DNA from: Amoeboradix gromovi X-113
Taxonomy: Eukaryota; Fungi; Sanchytriomycota
Length of the DNA: 18,895 bases
NCBI GenBank assembly: GCA_018985225.1
Contig: JADGIF010000117.1
Location: 1-18,895 of the forward strand
Reading direction: 5' to 3'
A program made the position numbers and the translations under genes. Numbering within the stretch: the stretch's first letter is position 1; the number at the start of each line of letters is the position of its first letter. Positions 1 through 8,388 of the stretch are shown piece by piece. The notes beneath the pieces were generated by a model. It did not search any database. It saw only the letters and a program-made list of their open reading frames with translations, and was not told the origin of the DNA.

Positions 1-77
1 TTTAATAAGAAAAACATCTTGCAGGCAAATAAAGATAAGGACCAAGGATTAGGTCCAACCTCAGTAAAGACTTTACA
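1..77 (+). repeat. 3' portion of the 5' LTR
   Basis: 76/77 identical to 4629-4705; ends in CA immediately before TGG of the PBS. Confidence 0.95.
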
Positions 78-87
78 TGGTAGCGAG
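78..87 (+). promoter_or_regulatory. Primer binding site, probably for initiator tRNA-Met
   Basis: TGGTAGCGAG directly follows the LTR terminal CA. It is complementary to a tRNA 3' end ...CUCGCUACCA, similar to yeast (TGGTAGCG) and animal (TGGTAGCA) iMet PBSs. The host tRNA is not in the window. Confidence 0.8.
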
Positions 88-99
88 GGAGGCAGGGTT

Positions 100-3000
100 A
101 TGGATTTTGGCGACGAATATAAAAATATGAGAGAAATTGTGGACTTAAGTCCTACTCAGTTCGAGAAGTATAACGAAGAAACTGATGACTCAGTAGGCTC
201 AGAAAATCAGCAGGAAGAAAAGGGAATGTTGGGCTTTGGCCAAGGAGGCGATTCTGATGGTAGCGATACAGGTCACTCGGACCAATCTGCTCGGAAGAAA
301 AGCATGGATGATAGAAATGAGGTGAATATGCATGAATATAAACGAGCTAAGAAGGAAAATCTCAGATATGCAATCGTAAATCAGATTTTAAAGACATTTA
401 CTACTAAATATCATGGGGTGGAAAGTGGATCCATTGATGATTGGTTACATCAATTTGAGTTCTTGATCAAGCCTCATAACTTGCGCACGACTGAAAAGGC
501 ATATTTGATTGTGAACTTAGTTCGTGGAAGGGCATTTATGATATTAACCCAAGGGGATAGTACGAATTATGAAGAATTAAGAGCAATGTTAATTCAGGAA
601 TTTCGAAGCCCTGGCGCATATCATAAGCATATTCAAGATCTATGCAAGGCAGTACAAGAAGATAATCAGAAGGTATCAGGATTTTATAGGTACTTGACCA
701 AGGAAGCCAAGCAAATCAATGATATGGCCATTGAGAAACATGGCGTTCCGGTGATTCATCAAGACTTATTGATTGCAAAGTTCTTGGAAGGAATTAAAAA
801 TTATAAAATTAAGGATCAACTGGCACCTAGAAACTTTGATACTGTACAACAAGTATTTGAGGCAGCTGCAAGAATTGAAGGTACTGTCAGTAGTGAAAAA
901 CAGGTGTTGGGCAAGCATGCAAGACAATATGAGTCTGAAAAACCAAACTCTTCAGAGTTTAAGAGATATAAAGGGTTCTCAGGACCAAGAAAGGCAAACT
1001 TAGGGTATAAGGCACGTAACACACAAGCACCTAAGAGTAATAAAGGTGGTGAATGTTACAAGTGTGGGAAGCCTGGTCACTTTGCAAGGGAGTGCCGGTC
1101 GATTACAGTGGGAGCTATTAGGATTTTACCCGAAATTATAAAATTTACGAAGACCACAAAAACCTCAGATGTTCTAGCAAAATTAGGAAAGACAGCAGCC
1201 AAGGTAACCATTGATTCTGGAGCAGATACGAATTGCATCTCACGAGCTTTAGCAGAAAAGGCTGGAGTTCAAGAAATAAATAAGGTGCAAGGTCCAGATA
1301 TCGTGTTCGCAGGAAGTCAATCAGGCGAGCCTTTGGGTATGGCTGAAATTATAGTTAAGTTCCACAAAGACATGGAGCCGGAGGCAATGAAATTTTTGGT
1401 ATTTGAGAAATTAACACCAGCTTGTCTTATTGGCATTGATGGTCAGGATCAGTTGAAGATTAGACTTGATCGCGAGCAGGACTTGGTTTGGATTGTGGGG
1501 CAGCCCATCACTTTAAGTCGCAGTGACCCCGAAGCCTTAGCAAGCTTAGGATGTGTTTCACTTGCAGACGCTTTTAAAGAAAAAGTGAGAAAAATGGCAC
1601 ACAGTAAACAAGTTGAAGACTCTTATCCAAGTAATTATAATGATAGCTTAATTCTTGAAGATCAAAACATGTCTATTGAGACGAAAAGTTCAGGATATTC
1701 AGAGGTAGGCATAGAAGCCAGTCTGAATGATTCGGAAAGAAATATGGTTGTATCGTTCTTAGGAAATGTTAAGGACCTATTTGGGTATTTTGACAAGAAT
1801 AACATATCATCTACCACTACAATGGTGCACCACTCCTTGGAGACCAATGGTGTCATTGTAAGTTCAAAGGCATACAGACAAAGTCCTAGTCAGCGTGAAG
1901 TTGTCAGGGAAGAAATAGATAAGATGCTTGCACTTGGTATAATTAGAAGGTCAAGTTCGAATTATTCCAGCCCGGTAGTGCTTGCACCTAAACCAGATGG
2001 GTCTTGGAGATTTTGCGTAGATTATCGTAAGTTAAATCAGCAGACAAAATCAGACTCATACCCTTTACCTAACATACAAGAGTGCTTGTCAAAAATGCAA
2101 GGCGCTAAACTTTTTGCTAAGTTTGACTTGGCAGCGGGATATTGGCAAATTCCAATGGCTAAGAAGGATATTGAGAAGACAGCGTTTGTTACATCATTCG
2201 GTTTGTTTGAGTTTCTAGTCATGCCATTTGGCCTCAAAACAGCTCCTGCTACATTTCAAAGGATGATGGACAGGCTGTTAGCAGGGATAGACAAAGTGGT
2301 GATATATCTTGATGATGTATTGGTATTTGGAGAAAATATGGAGGAGATACTTGAGGTAACAGGATTAGTCTTTGAAAGATTAAAAAAAGCGAACCTGAAA
2401 TTAAGGGCTAAGAAGTGTTTTGTTGGTCATAGATCCATAGAATATCTTGGTTATATTGTCAGTGACAAAGGTATTCAGGCTAATTTTGACAAGGTAAAGG
2501 TAATTTCAGAAATGCCACCTCCAAGCAATGTTAAACAGCTTAGAAGATTCTTAGGAATGGCGTCGTATTATCGAAATTTTATACACGGATTTTCGACAGT
2601 TGTCAAGCCATTAACAGAATTGACCTCAAAGAAGGTTAAGTTCATTTGGGAATTAAGGCATAACAAGGCTTTTGATACGTTGAAGCAAGCTTTGTGTGGA
2701 TCACCCGTATTGGCTCATCCAGATTACAAGGTACCATTTGCCATATTTACGGATGCAAGCAATGTTGGAGTGGGTGCTGTATTGACACAGAATGGGCAGC
2801 CTGTATGGTTTGCGTCAAGGTCACTTACTGTTGATGAACAGAAGTATGACACCAGGGAGAAAGAGACAATTGCAATTATGTTTGGCTTAGATAAATTCAA
2901 GCCTTACTTCTTTGGCAGATCTGTCACAGTAATGACAGACCACGGCAACTTGAGATGGCTAATGGACCATGCTCAAAAGGGAAGGTTAGCTAGGTGGCAG

Positions 3001-4314
3001 CTGTTTCTACAACAATTTGACTTTGTGATATCCTATGTCAAAGGACAAAATAATCCGGTCGCTGATTGTTTAAGTCGAGATATAGTAGGTTCCTTGCATG
3101 TAGGTGCAATGACCTTGGTTATTCCAAGACCAAAAAAAGAGCTTAGTACTCAGCAAGAAAATACGAGACTAGTGGAATATAACTGGGAAGTAGAGCAGAA
3201 AAAGGATGCCTATATTACAAATATTTTTAGGGAGCCTATCCTGCCATATGTGGTTGAGGATAAGGTATTATATAGGTTTAACTTAGATAAATCAGTTAAA
3301 AGAGTGGTAGTGCCAGATCATTTGGTGGATTCAATGATTGGACGAGCACATGACACAAGAAGTGCTGGACATGGTGGTGTTAGACAAACATGCTATCATC
3401 TCCGTCATTGGTGGTTCCAATCGTTTAGAAAGAAGATTGGGAATTATTGTAGGAAATGCGTTGTTTGCCTAAATGCAAAAGGATTTGGTAAAGAGCATAA
3501 TACATTGTCTACCAGACATCCGTTCCCAGTCTTAGAAAGGGTATATATAGACGTCGTAGGTCCTTTACCCAATGATACCACATCATATGAAAATGATGCT
3601 AGGTATGTCCTAACAATGCTAGACGATGGTTCTAGGTATTTGAAGGCAGTGGCAATTAGAAATTCTAAACGGAACACCATCATAAAAGTATTTCGTGACC
3701 AGTGGATAGCCACTTTCGGACCACCTAAGGTTGTGGTCACCGACAATAATGAGCAGTTCAAAGGCACATTTGCTGAGTTTTGTAGTACAGAAAGTATAAT
3801 TAATGAATATACTGCACCATATTCACCAGAAATGAATGCGGTTGAACGTGTGCATGCATCACTTATGAGTAGAGTTCGTGCGTTAAGGTACACTACACAT
3901 AGACCCTGGACAGATTGCTTATACAAGGCAACCTTTGGGTACAATATAACAGAGCATAGTATGCTGGGTATAGCACCATATACTTTAGTGTATGCAAAAG
4001 ATTATAGCCTACTGACAGGTATATATAAAGATATTAACATGATACAGGACATTAGGGAAAAGGCTACGTCGCAAGCTCTCAAAAGGAGGGAGGATAAGCT
4101 AAGCAAGCTTAATAAGAGTCGCACTGACCAGGATCTGTCAGTAGGTGACAAAGTATATGTCAAGGCAATAAGTGTTACCAAGCTGGATAATAGAGTCTTA
4201 GAAAGTCAGTTTACAATAATTGGACTCGAGGCTAAGAATATTATCAAGTTAGTATCCAACAATGGCAAAGTATTTAGACGATCAAGGAAGGATGTCTACA
4301 AGCTAGGGGAATAA
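100..4314 (+). CDS. Gag-Pol polyprotein, 1404 aa: capsid, CCHC zinc knuckle, aspartic protease, RT, RNase H, integrase
   Basis: CYKCGKPGHFAREC knuckle; IDSGA protease; WRFCVDYRKLN, MPFGL and YLDD in RT; TDAS, EKE, TDH and ADCLSR in RNase H; H-x6-H...CVVC then IDVVGPLP, TDN and VER in integrase. First in-frame ATG is at 100; the ORF-track start at 19 is a TTG inside the LTR. Confidence 0.97.
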   Translation: MDFGDEYKNMREIVDLSPTQFEKYNEETDDSVGSENQQEEKGMLGFGQGGDSDGSDTGHSDQSARKKSMDDRNEVNMHEYKRAKKENLRYAIVNQILKTFTTKYHGVESGSIDDWLHQFEFLIKPHNLRTTEKAYLIVNLVRGRAFMILTQGDSTNYEELRAMLIQEFRSPGAYHKHIQDLCKAVQEDNQKVSGFYRYLTKEAKQINDMAIEKHGVPVIHQDLLIAKFLEGIKNYKIKDQLAPRNFDTVQQVFEAAARIEGTVSSEKQVLGKHARQYESEKPNSSEFKRYKGFSGPRKANLGYKARNTQAPKSNKGGECYKCGKPGHFARECRSITVGAIRILPEIIKFTKTTKTSDVLAKLGKTAAKVTIDSGADTNCISRALAEKAGVQEINKVQGPDIVFAGSQSGEPLGMAEIIVKFHKDMEPEAMKFLVFEKLTPACLIGIDGQDQLKIRLDREQDLVWIVGQPITLSRSDPEALASLGCVSLADAFKEKVRKMAHSKQVEDSYPSNYNDSLILEDQNMSIETKSSGYSEVGIEASLNDSERNMVVSFLGNVKDLFGYFDKNNISSTTTMVHHSLETNGVIVSSKAYRQSPSQREVVREEIDKMLALGIIRRSSSNYSSPVVLAPKPDGSWRFCVDYRKLNQQTKSDSYPLPNIQECLSKMQGAKLFAKFDLAAGYWQIPMAKKDIEKTAFVTSFGLFEFLVMPFGLKTAPATFQRMMDRLLAGIDKVVIYLDDVLVFGENMEEILEVTGLVFERLKKANLKLRAKKCFVGHRSIEYLGYIVSDKGIQANFDKVKVISEMPPPSNVKQLRRFLGMASYYRNFIHGFSTVVKPLTELTSKKVKFIWELRHNKAFDTLKQALCGSPVLAHPDYKVPFAIFTDASNVGVGAVLTQNGQPVWFASRSLTVDEQKYDTREKETIAIMFGLDKFKPYFFGRSVTVMTDHGNLRWLMDHAQKGRLARWQLFLQQFDFVISYVKGQNNPVADCLSRDIVGSLHVGAMTLVIPRPKKELSTQQENTRLVEYNWEVEQKKDAYITNIFREPILPYVVEDKVLYRFNLDKSVKRVVVPDHLVDSMIGRAHDTRSAGHGGVRQTCYHLRHWWFQSFRKKIGNYCRKCVVCLNAKGFGKEHNTLSTRHPFPVLERVYIDVVGPLPNDTTSYENDARYVLTMLDDGSRYLKAVAIRNSKRNTIIKVFRDQWIATFGPPKVVVTDNNEQFKGTFAEFCSTESIINEYTAPYSPEMNAVERVHASLMSRVRALRYTTHRPWTDCLYKATFGYNITEHSMLGIAPYTLVYAKDYSLLTGIYKDINMIQDIREKATSQALKRREDKLSKLNKSRTDQDLSVGDKVYVKAISVTKLDNRVLESQFTIIGLEAKNIIKLVSNNGKVFRRSRKDVYKLGE

Positions 4315-4411
4315 CAATGTATTAAAAAAAATGCGATAAATAAAATTTATCCTGACACTTTTTAATCACAGTACAAGTACGTCACTTGCATACTTATGAT
4401 TCGCTCTAAGT

Positions 4412-4419
4412 AAAGGGGG
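4412..4419 (+). promoter_or_regulatory. Polypurine tract
   Basis: AAAGGGGG immediately followed by TG at 4420; a second copy lies at 4435-4442. Confidence 0.8.
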
Positions 4420-4459
4420 TGTTATGACTCTGTCAAAGGGGGCCTGTTATGACCCTGTA
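4412..4459 (+). repeat. Imperfect tandem duplication of PPT plus LTR start
   Basis: AAAGGGGG--TGTTATGACTCTGTC (4412-4434) versus AAAGGGGGCCTGTTATGACCCTGTA (4435-4459). Confidence 0.85.
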
Positions 4460-4705
4460 AGAAGTCTCAGACACAAAGTCCTGTCTGCGAATCATAATGT
4501 CTGGGACAGAGGATTGCACAGGAACAGCGAGCCAATCAAGTACCATAGCGGCTAGCACGGTGTGCAAGTCATGGGTATAAATAGGCGACAAATCTTTAGT
4601 AAATAATCTATTTATTATGAGCATTGACTTTAATAAGAAAAACATCTTGCAGGCAAATAAAGATAAGGACCAAGGATTAGGTCCAACCTCAGTAAACACT
4701 TTACA
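4420..4705 (+). repeat. 3' LTR (~250-286 bp; start at 4420, 4445 or 4456)
   Basis: TG...CA termini; the 3' end is fixed by identity with 1-77. The following GCGAA would be one TSD copy. Confidence 0.9.
4532..4661 (+). promoter_or_regulatory. LTR promoter and polyadenylation signals
   Basis: CCAAT at 4532-4536, TATAAATA at 4576-4583 and AATAAA at 4656-4661, in the expected U3-to-R order. Confidence 0.65.
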
Positions 4706-5067
4706 GCGAACCATCTGTGAATTTGTATGATTTTAATAACAAGTACAACGAAAAGGCCAAGATGCAATTTGAGAAAGGCGTCTTAGAATCCAGAAAAGGT
4801 GAATTTGATAAAGAATAGACTTTGGTGAATCAAAGTCGATCGAAGGTGAAAGACTACAAGAGAGAAAAGGAGATTCTTGATGTAATGGTTGAATATGAAA
4901 CTAGCAAAGGTTCATTATCTCAGCAATACTGGGGTCACGTTAAAGACGATATGAATAGAGGGGTGGATTTAATTAATGAAAATTTAAAAGTTTTCTTAGA
5001 TCCTAAAGATATCCAGTCTGCAAACTCAAAAGACAAAGTATATGTGGACGAGAAATTAAGTAAATAA
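4706..5067 (+). pseudogene. 3' remnant of an unknown host ORF interrupted by the retrotransposon
   Basis: One frame reads from the LTR boundary (EPSVNLYDFNNKYNEKAKMQFEKGVLESRKGEFDKE*TLVNQSRSK...EKLSK*) for ~120 codons with one internal TAG (4816-4818). AATAAA overlaps the terminal TAA. Confidence 0.55.
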
Positions 5068-5278
5068 ATAGAATTCAATCTTGATTTATTGTACAGGCCC
5101 CATAATGTAAATATTGGTGTTTGTGTATGATGTTGATTCACCTACAGAAGTTGCCACAAATATGTTGTACACATATAGCTAATCTTACATTCAAGATAAT
5201 AATATATAAAAGCTCGAGTCTTATCTTGACGATTACCAATTAATTATTGATTCAGCAATGACAGTACATCTAATTATT

Positions 5279-5458
5279 TCATTTGGTTTTACATCTTCTA
5301 CTTGGGAAGCTTCTATATAGTACTAACCACTTCACAACTCTGAAACGCTTGCCCAAGCCTAAAATACCATTTTTGACATTTTGATTAAATTCGAGTTGAT
5401 CTGATTTTTGTGAGGCTGTCCCAAATGCTATAGACGTATCATTTAAAAGCACAACCAT
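5279..5458 (-). pseudogene. Possible pepsin-family (A1) aspartic protease fragment
   Basis: 59-aa minus-strand ORF containing IAFGTASQKSDQLEFNQNVKNGILGLG, resembling the A1 segment FGxA...DGILGLG. No DTG/DSG motif seen. Confidence 0.3.
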
Positions 5459-5781
5459 TACAAGAAGCTAAACAACGAAAAAACAGCTTAGATTTAAAAA
5501 ATTTATATAATTTCACTGACTGGGCGATGGATTTAATTTCTATTATGTTATCGAGTGCAACAACTAGTTTTATGGTAAAGTATTTTAGCGTTCAAAGTTT
5601 TTATTTGATTGGTTGTCAGCAGTATGTCACGTTTTTAAACTTTGGGTTACCATGTTATCGTCAAATTGATTTGTCTCAAGATAATTTGTACAGGCTTACT
5701 TCATTTATTACATTTCGTGCCCCAGCTGCAGTAAGTGAGGCCAGAAACGATTCAATTTCGAAATACAAGCACCACAAATTT

Positions 5782-6981
5782 CTACTCTATTTTTGTGAAA
5801 AACATTCGTTCAAGCACGTTGAGCATTAAAAATACAGCAATATAGACAATTATGCCCAAGTCTCCCAATGCAGTCATTATAGGCAATACCACTGCATCTA
5901 AATCAATGTTCTTATCATTTAAATACTCACAAAATGGCTTAACAAACTTGTACAGCAAATATAAGCAAATATGAAAAGTAATTAAAGATCCTAAAAACAA
6001 GCTCGTAGTTATTGCTGTTATATGAAGCACAGAGCTTAACAGTAATAGAGCAAGAATATCAAATAAAGTTAATAGCCATACTGCAAGTATAACTTGAAAA
6101 TCATCTTCTGTTCTATTTATTGAATAACTAGTTGTTAACCTACTTGCGTAGATTGATATATTGCCTCCACTTAGCCCATCTATTACAGGAGCAATACTCG
6201 CGAGTCCATTAAAGTTTTCTAGTTCTTGTTCTAGCGCTAATCCGCAAAACGTAGTTATGCAAATGCTCGCTATGTAAGGTAAGTACGCCCATATTGACTT
6301 GGAATGCAACCACTCATACCCCACGTTGTCTAGCTGGAAGTTTGCAAAAAAAGCAAGAGCTATAAGGAGCAAAAGAACTACAAAAGATACAACGCCATTG
6401 GAATCCAGCAAGAACAAATTTGTAATTAGAATGAAAAATATCAAGGTAGTTGCGTCACCAAATGCACAGGCTATTGGCGCTGCTATGTTATCAGGATCTA
6501 GTCCTGCAGAGACACATTGAATAATTAGAGAATTCATAAAGGTACCCAAAACAATGGAACCAGAGACTACCGTTAGTATTGAAGAGACGGTCAATATTAT
6601 TAATTCACGCAGAGAACTTAGTATACCGACCATTCCACTAACAACTACAGCAAAACTGGCACAAAATATTCCAAGTACTATACTTTGAAAAATCATAAAT
6701 ATTAAATTGCCTTTGTAAATTTGCATTCTACTTGATGCATTGATCAACTTCCCATTGTTTGCACAGGTTCCTAATCTGCACGATAAATTCAGTTCGAAAT
6801 TACCGTTCAAGTTACTCATTACGGGTACCAGAACCGTTAATTGTTTTAATATTTTAAATGGAATTCCGACTTGAACATCGCTCAACTCTAATTTTGAAAG
6901 AACTGCTGCGCTAAACATCAGCCCACATAAACTTATAAAAGACGGAAAAATGCTTTCCTTCAACACATTGGAAAAGAGCAT
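5782..6981 (-). CDS. SLC41/MgtE-family Mg2+/divalent cation transporter, 399 aa
   Basis: Highly hydrophobic, with two MgtE-like halves: LVPVMSNLNGNFELNLSCRLGT, GLDPDNIAAPIACAFGD, APVIDGLSGGNISIYASRL and IDLDAVVLPIMTALGD (PX6GN-like and P(D/A)X4PX6D motifs). Confidence 0.92.
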   Translation of the reverse strand: MLFSNVLKESIFPSFISLCGLMFSAAVLSKLELSDVQVGIPFKILKQLTVLVPVMSNLNGNFELNLSCRLGTCANNGKLINASSRMQIYKGNLIFMIFQSIVLGIFCASFAVVVSGMVGILSSLRELIILTVSSILTVVSGSIVLGTFMNSLIIQCVSAGLDPDNIAAPIACAFGDATTLIFFILITNLFLLDSNGVVSFVVLLLLIALAFFANFQLDNVGYEWLHSKSIWAYLPYIASICITTFCGLALEQELENFNGLASIAPVIDGLSGGNISIYASRLTTSYSINRTEDDFQVILAVWLLTLFDILALLLLSSVLHITAITTSLFLGSLITFHICLYLLYKFVKPFCEYLNDKNIDLDAVVLPIMTALGDLGIIVYIAVFLMLNVLERMFFTKIE

Positions 6982-7265
6982 AATTTAAAACAAGGAATTT
7001 AAACATGAAATTGTAAAAACACCTTGCGGTAATTTAATTGCTGGCATTCGTAAATGTGTTAAAGGAATTTTACTTTTTTGTCATGATAAATTTTAAGAGG
7101 ATGGCATTAGTGGCTCCTCGTCTAGGCTTGTAGAAATTGAATATAAGAGAAAAAGAATGGTTTAAGTGATTAAAAAGGTTTAAAAAGAGAGAATAATAAG
7201 AGCCGAAAGACAAAGTAAGCTGTTAAAGGTAAATGTGGTGGAAATGGGTGTAGTAGAAAAACAAC

Positions 7266-7573
7266 ATATGAGACATCAAATATAAAAACTGGGCTAACTA
7301 TCTGTAACAACTTGGAACGTTATTTCAGCTTTATTAATTTTATGGACTTAAGAGGCGAGTGGACATTCAGCTAGTTGCGGAGCTGACGAGTATAAAAGGA
7401 AAATAAATATTTGAACGAGATGCAGGGTCTTCTAGTTTTATTTTGAAGAGGGGATTGAAAGTAATGAAAGAAAATTGGTTTGAAAGAAGATCTTTTATTA
7501 ATGATAGCATTTCCTCCGTATGGAGCACCTTTAATAACGAGTTAGTCTAGTTTTTATATTTGGTGTCCCATAT
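7266..7573. mobile_element. Candidate MITE or non-autonomous DNA transposon with ~34-bp imperfect TIRs
   Basis: 7266-7299 (ATATGAGACATCAAATATAAAAACTGGGCTAACT) is the reverse complement of 7540-7573 (AGTTAGTCTAGTTTTTATATTTGGTGTCCCATAT) at 30/34 positions. The outer ATAT or TA could be a TSD. Confidence 0.65.
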
Positions 7574-8388
7574 CGATGCACATCATTCGAGAGAAAGCAA
7601 ATACCACATAAAATATGAATACAACACTAAGTAATACAATTCAGTAATTTAAGCATTATAAGCTTGGATCTTTTAACCGATAAGACGTCGAACATAACTA
7701 TTAGACCAAATATTGCAACTTTAGGTCTCCTAGATTATAAATAATAAATTAATTTGATGCCACTAACTATATAGGTAGACTTCTATTAAGCTACATAATC
7801 AACCTGTACTTAGCTGGGATAGTTAACATGCTCTGGTTAGTATTATTAAATAGATTGCTGGAAAGAGAAAGAGCATTGAAAGTGAAAAAAGAGTTACAAA
7901 GAGTATTAAATTTCTGAGGACAGTTCTATGGCCTCTCAGAATAAAAAACCAGACCTGTTCTCTCGGAAAGAAAGCATACTACTGACTTGTTCAGAATATA
8001 ATATTTACATCATATTGTAGCTTTCACGGGAATTATGGCAAGCATAGCAGTATTCACTCTCAAAATAATCTTCAGTTACGCTAGTGTACTCGCTATGATG
8101 TTTTTGCCGAACAATATGTTTGTTACACAATTGTCAACTCATAGATAATCTTTTAGAAAACGGTGTAAGAATTAGTTGGCAAGATGATGTGGTACTAAGA
8201 TTGTTTTACTTTATCTCTAGGTGACGAAATATGGAGTACTTCCGTAAAAAAACACTAATTATAGTTTTTACCGTGGGTGTCTCAAGAGTTGGCTTAGGGA
8301 AAACATAATGAGTTGAAATAGTATTTCATGAGAATTCGGATCTATTTGTGCGATGTTAATAAATTTTATTAACTTTTAAAGCCACGTC

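Larger units (their letters stand above)
1..4705 (+). mobile_element. Ty3/Gypsy LTR retrotransposon, apparently intact (5' LTR truncated by the window edge)
   Basis: Direct repeat 1-77 = 4629-4705 with one mismatch (G69/C4697), both ending TTTACA. PBS at 78, PPT at 4412, and an uninterrupted ORF with the Ty3/Gypsy domain order Gag-PR-RT-RH-IN. Confidence 0.97.

Noticed and set aside
19-99. ORF-track N-terminal extension of gag-pol
   Set aside because: It starts at TTG within the LTR and crosses the PBS; the first in-frame ATG is at 100.
4816-4818. Alternative genetic code (TAG/TAA = Gln, or TGA = Trp at 18489)
   Set aside because: The long conserved genes contain no internal stops, and TAA, TAG and TGA all terminate genes in this window.
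7911-8283. Short hairpins near 7912-7940 and 8235-8283
   Set aside because: Stems of about 7 bp in AT-rich DNA are expected by chance; no tRNA, snRNA or CRISPR-like structure was recognised.
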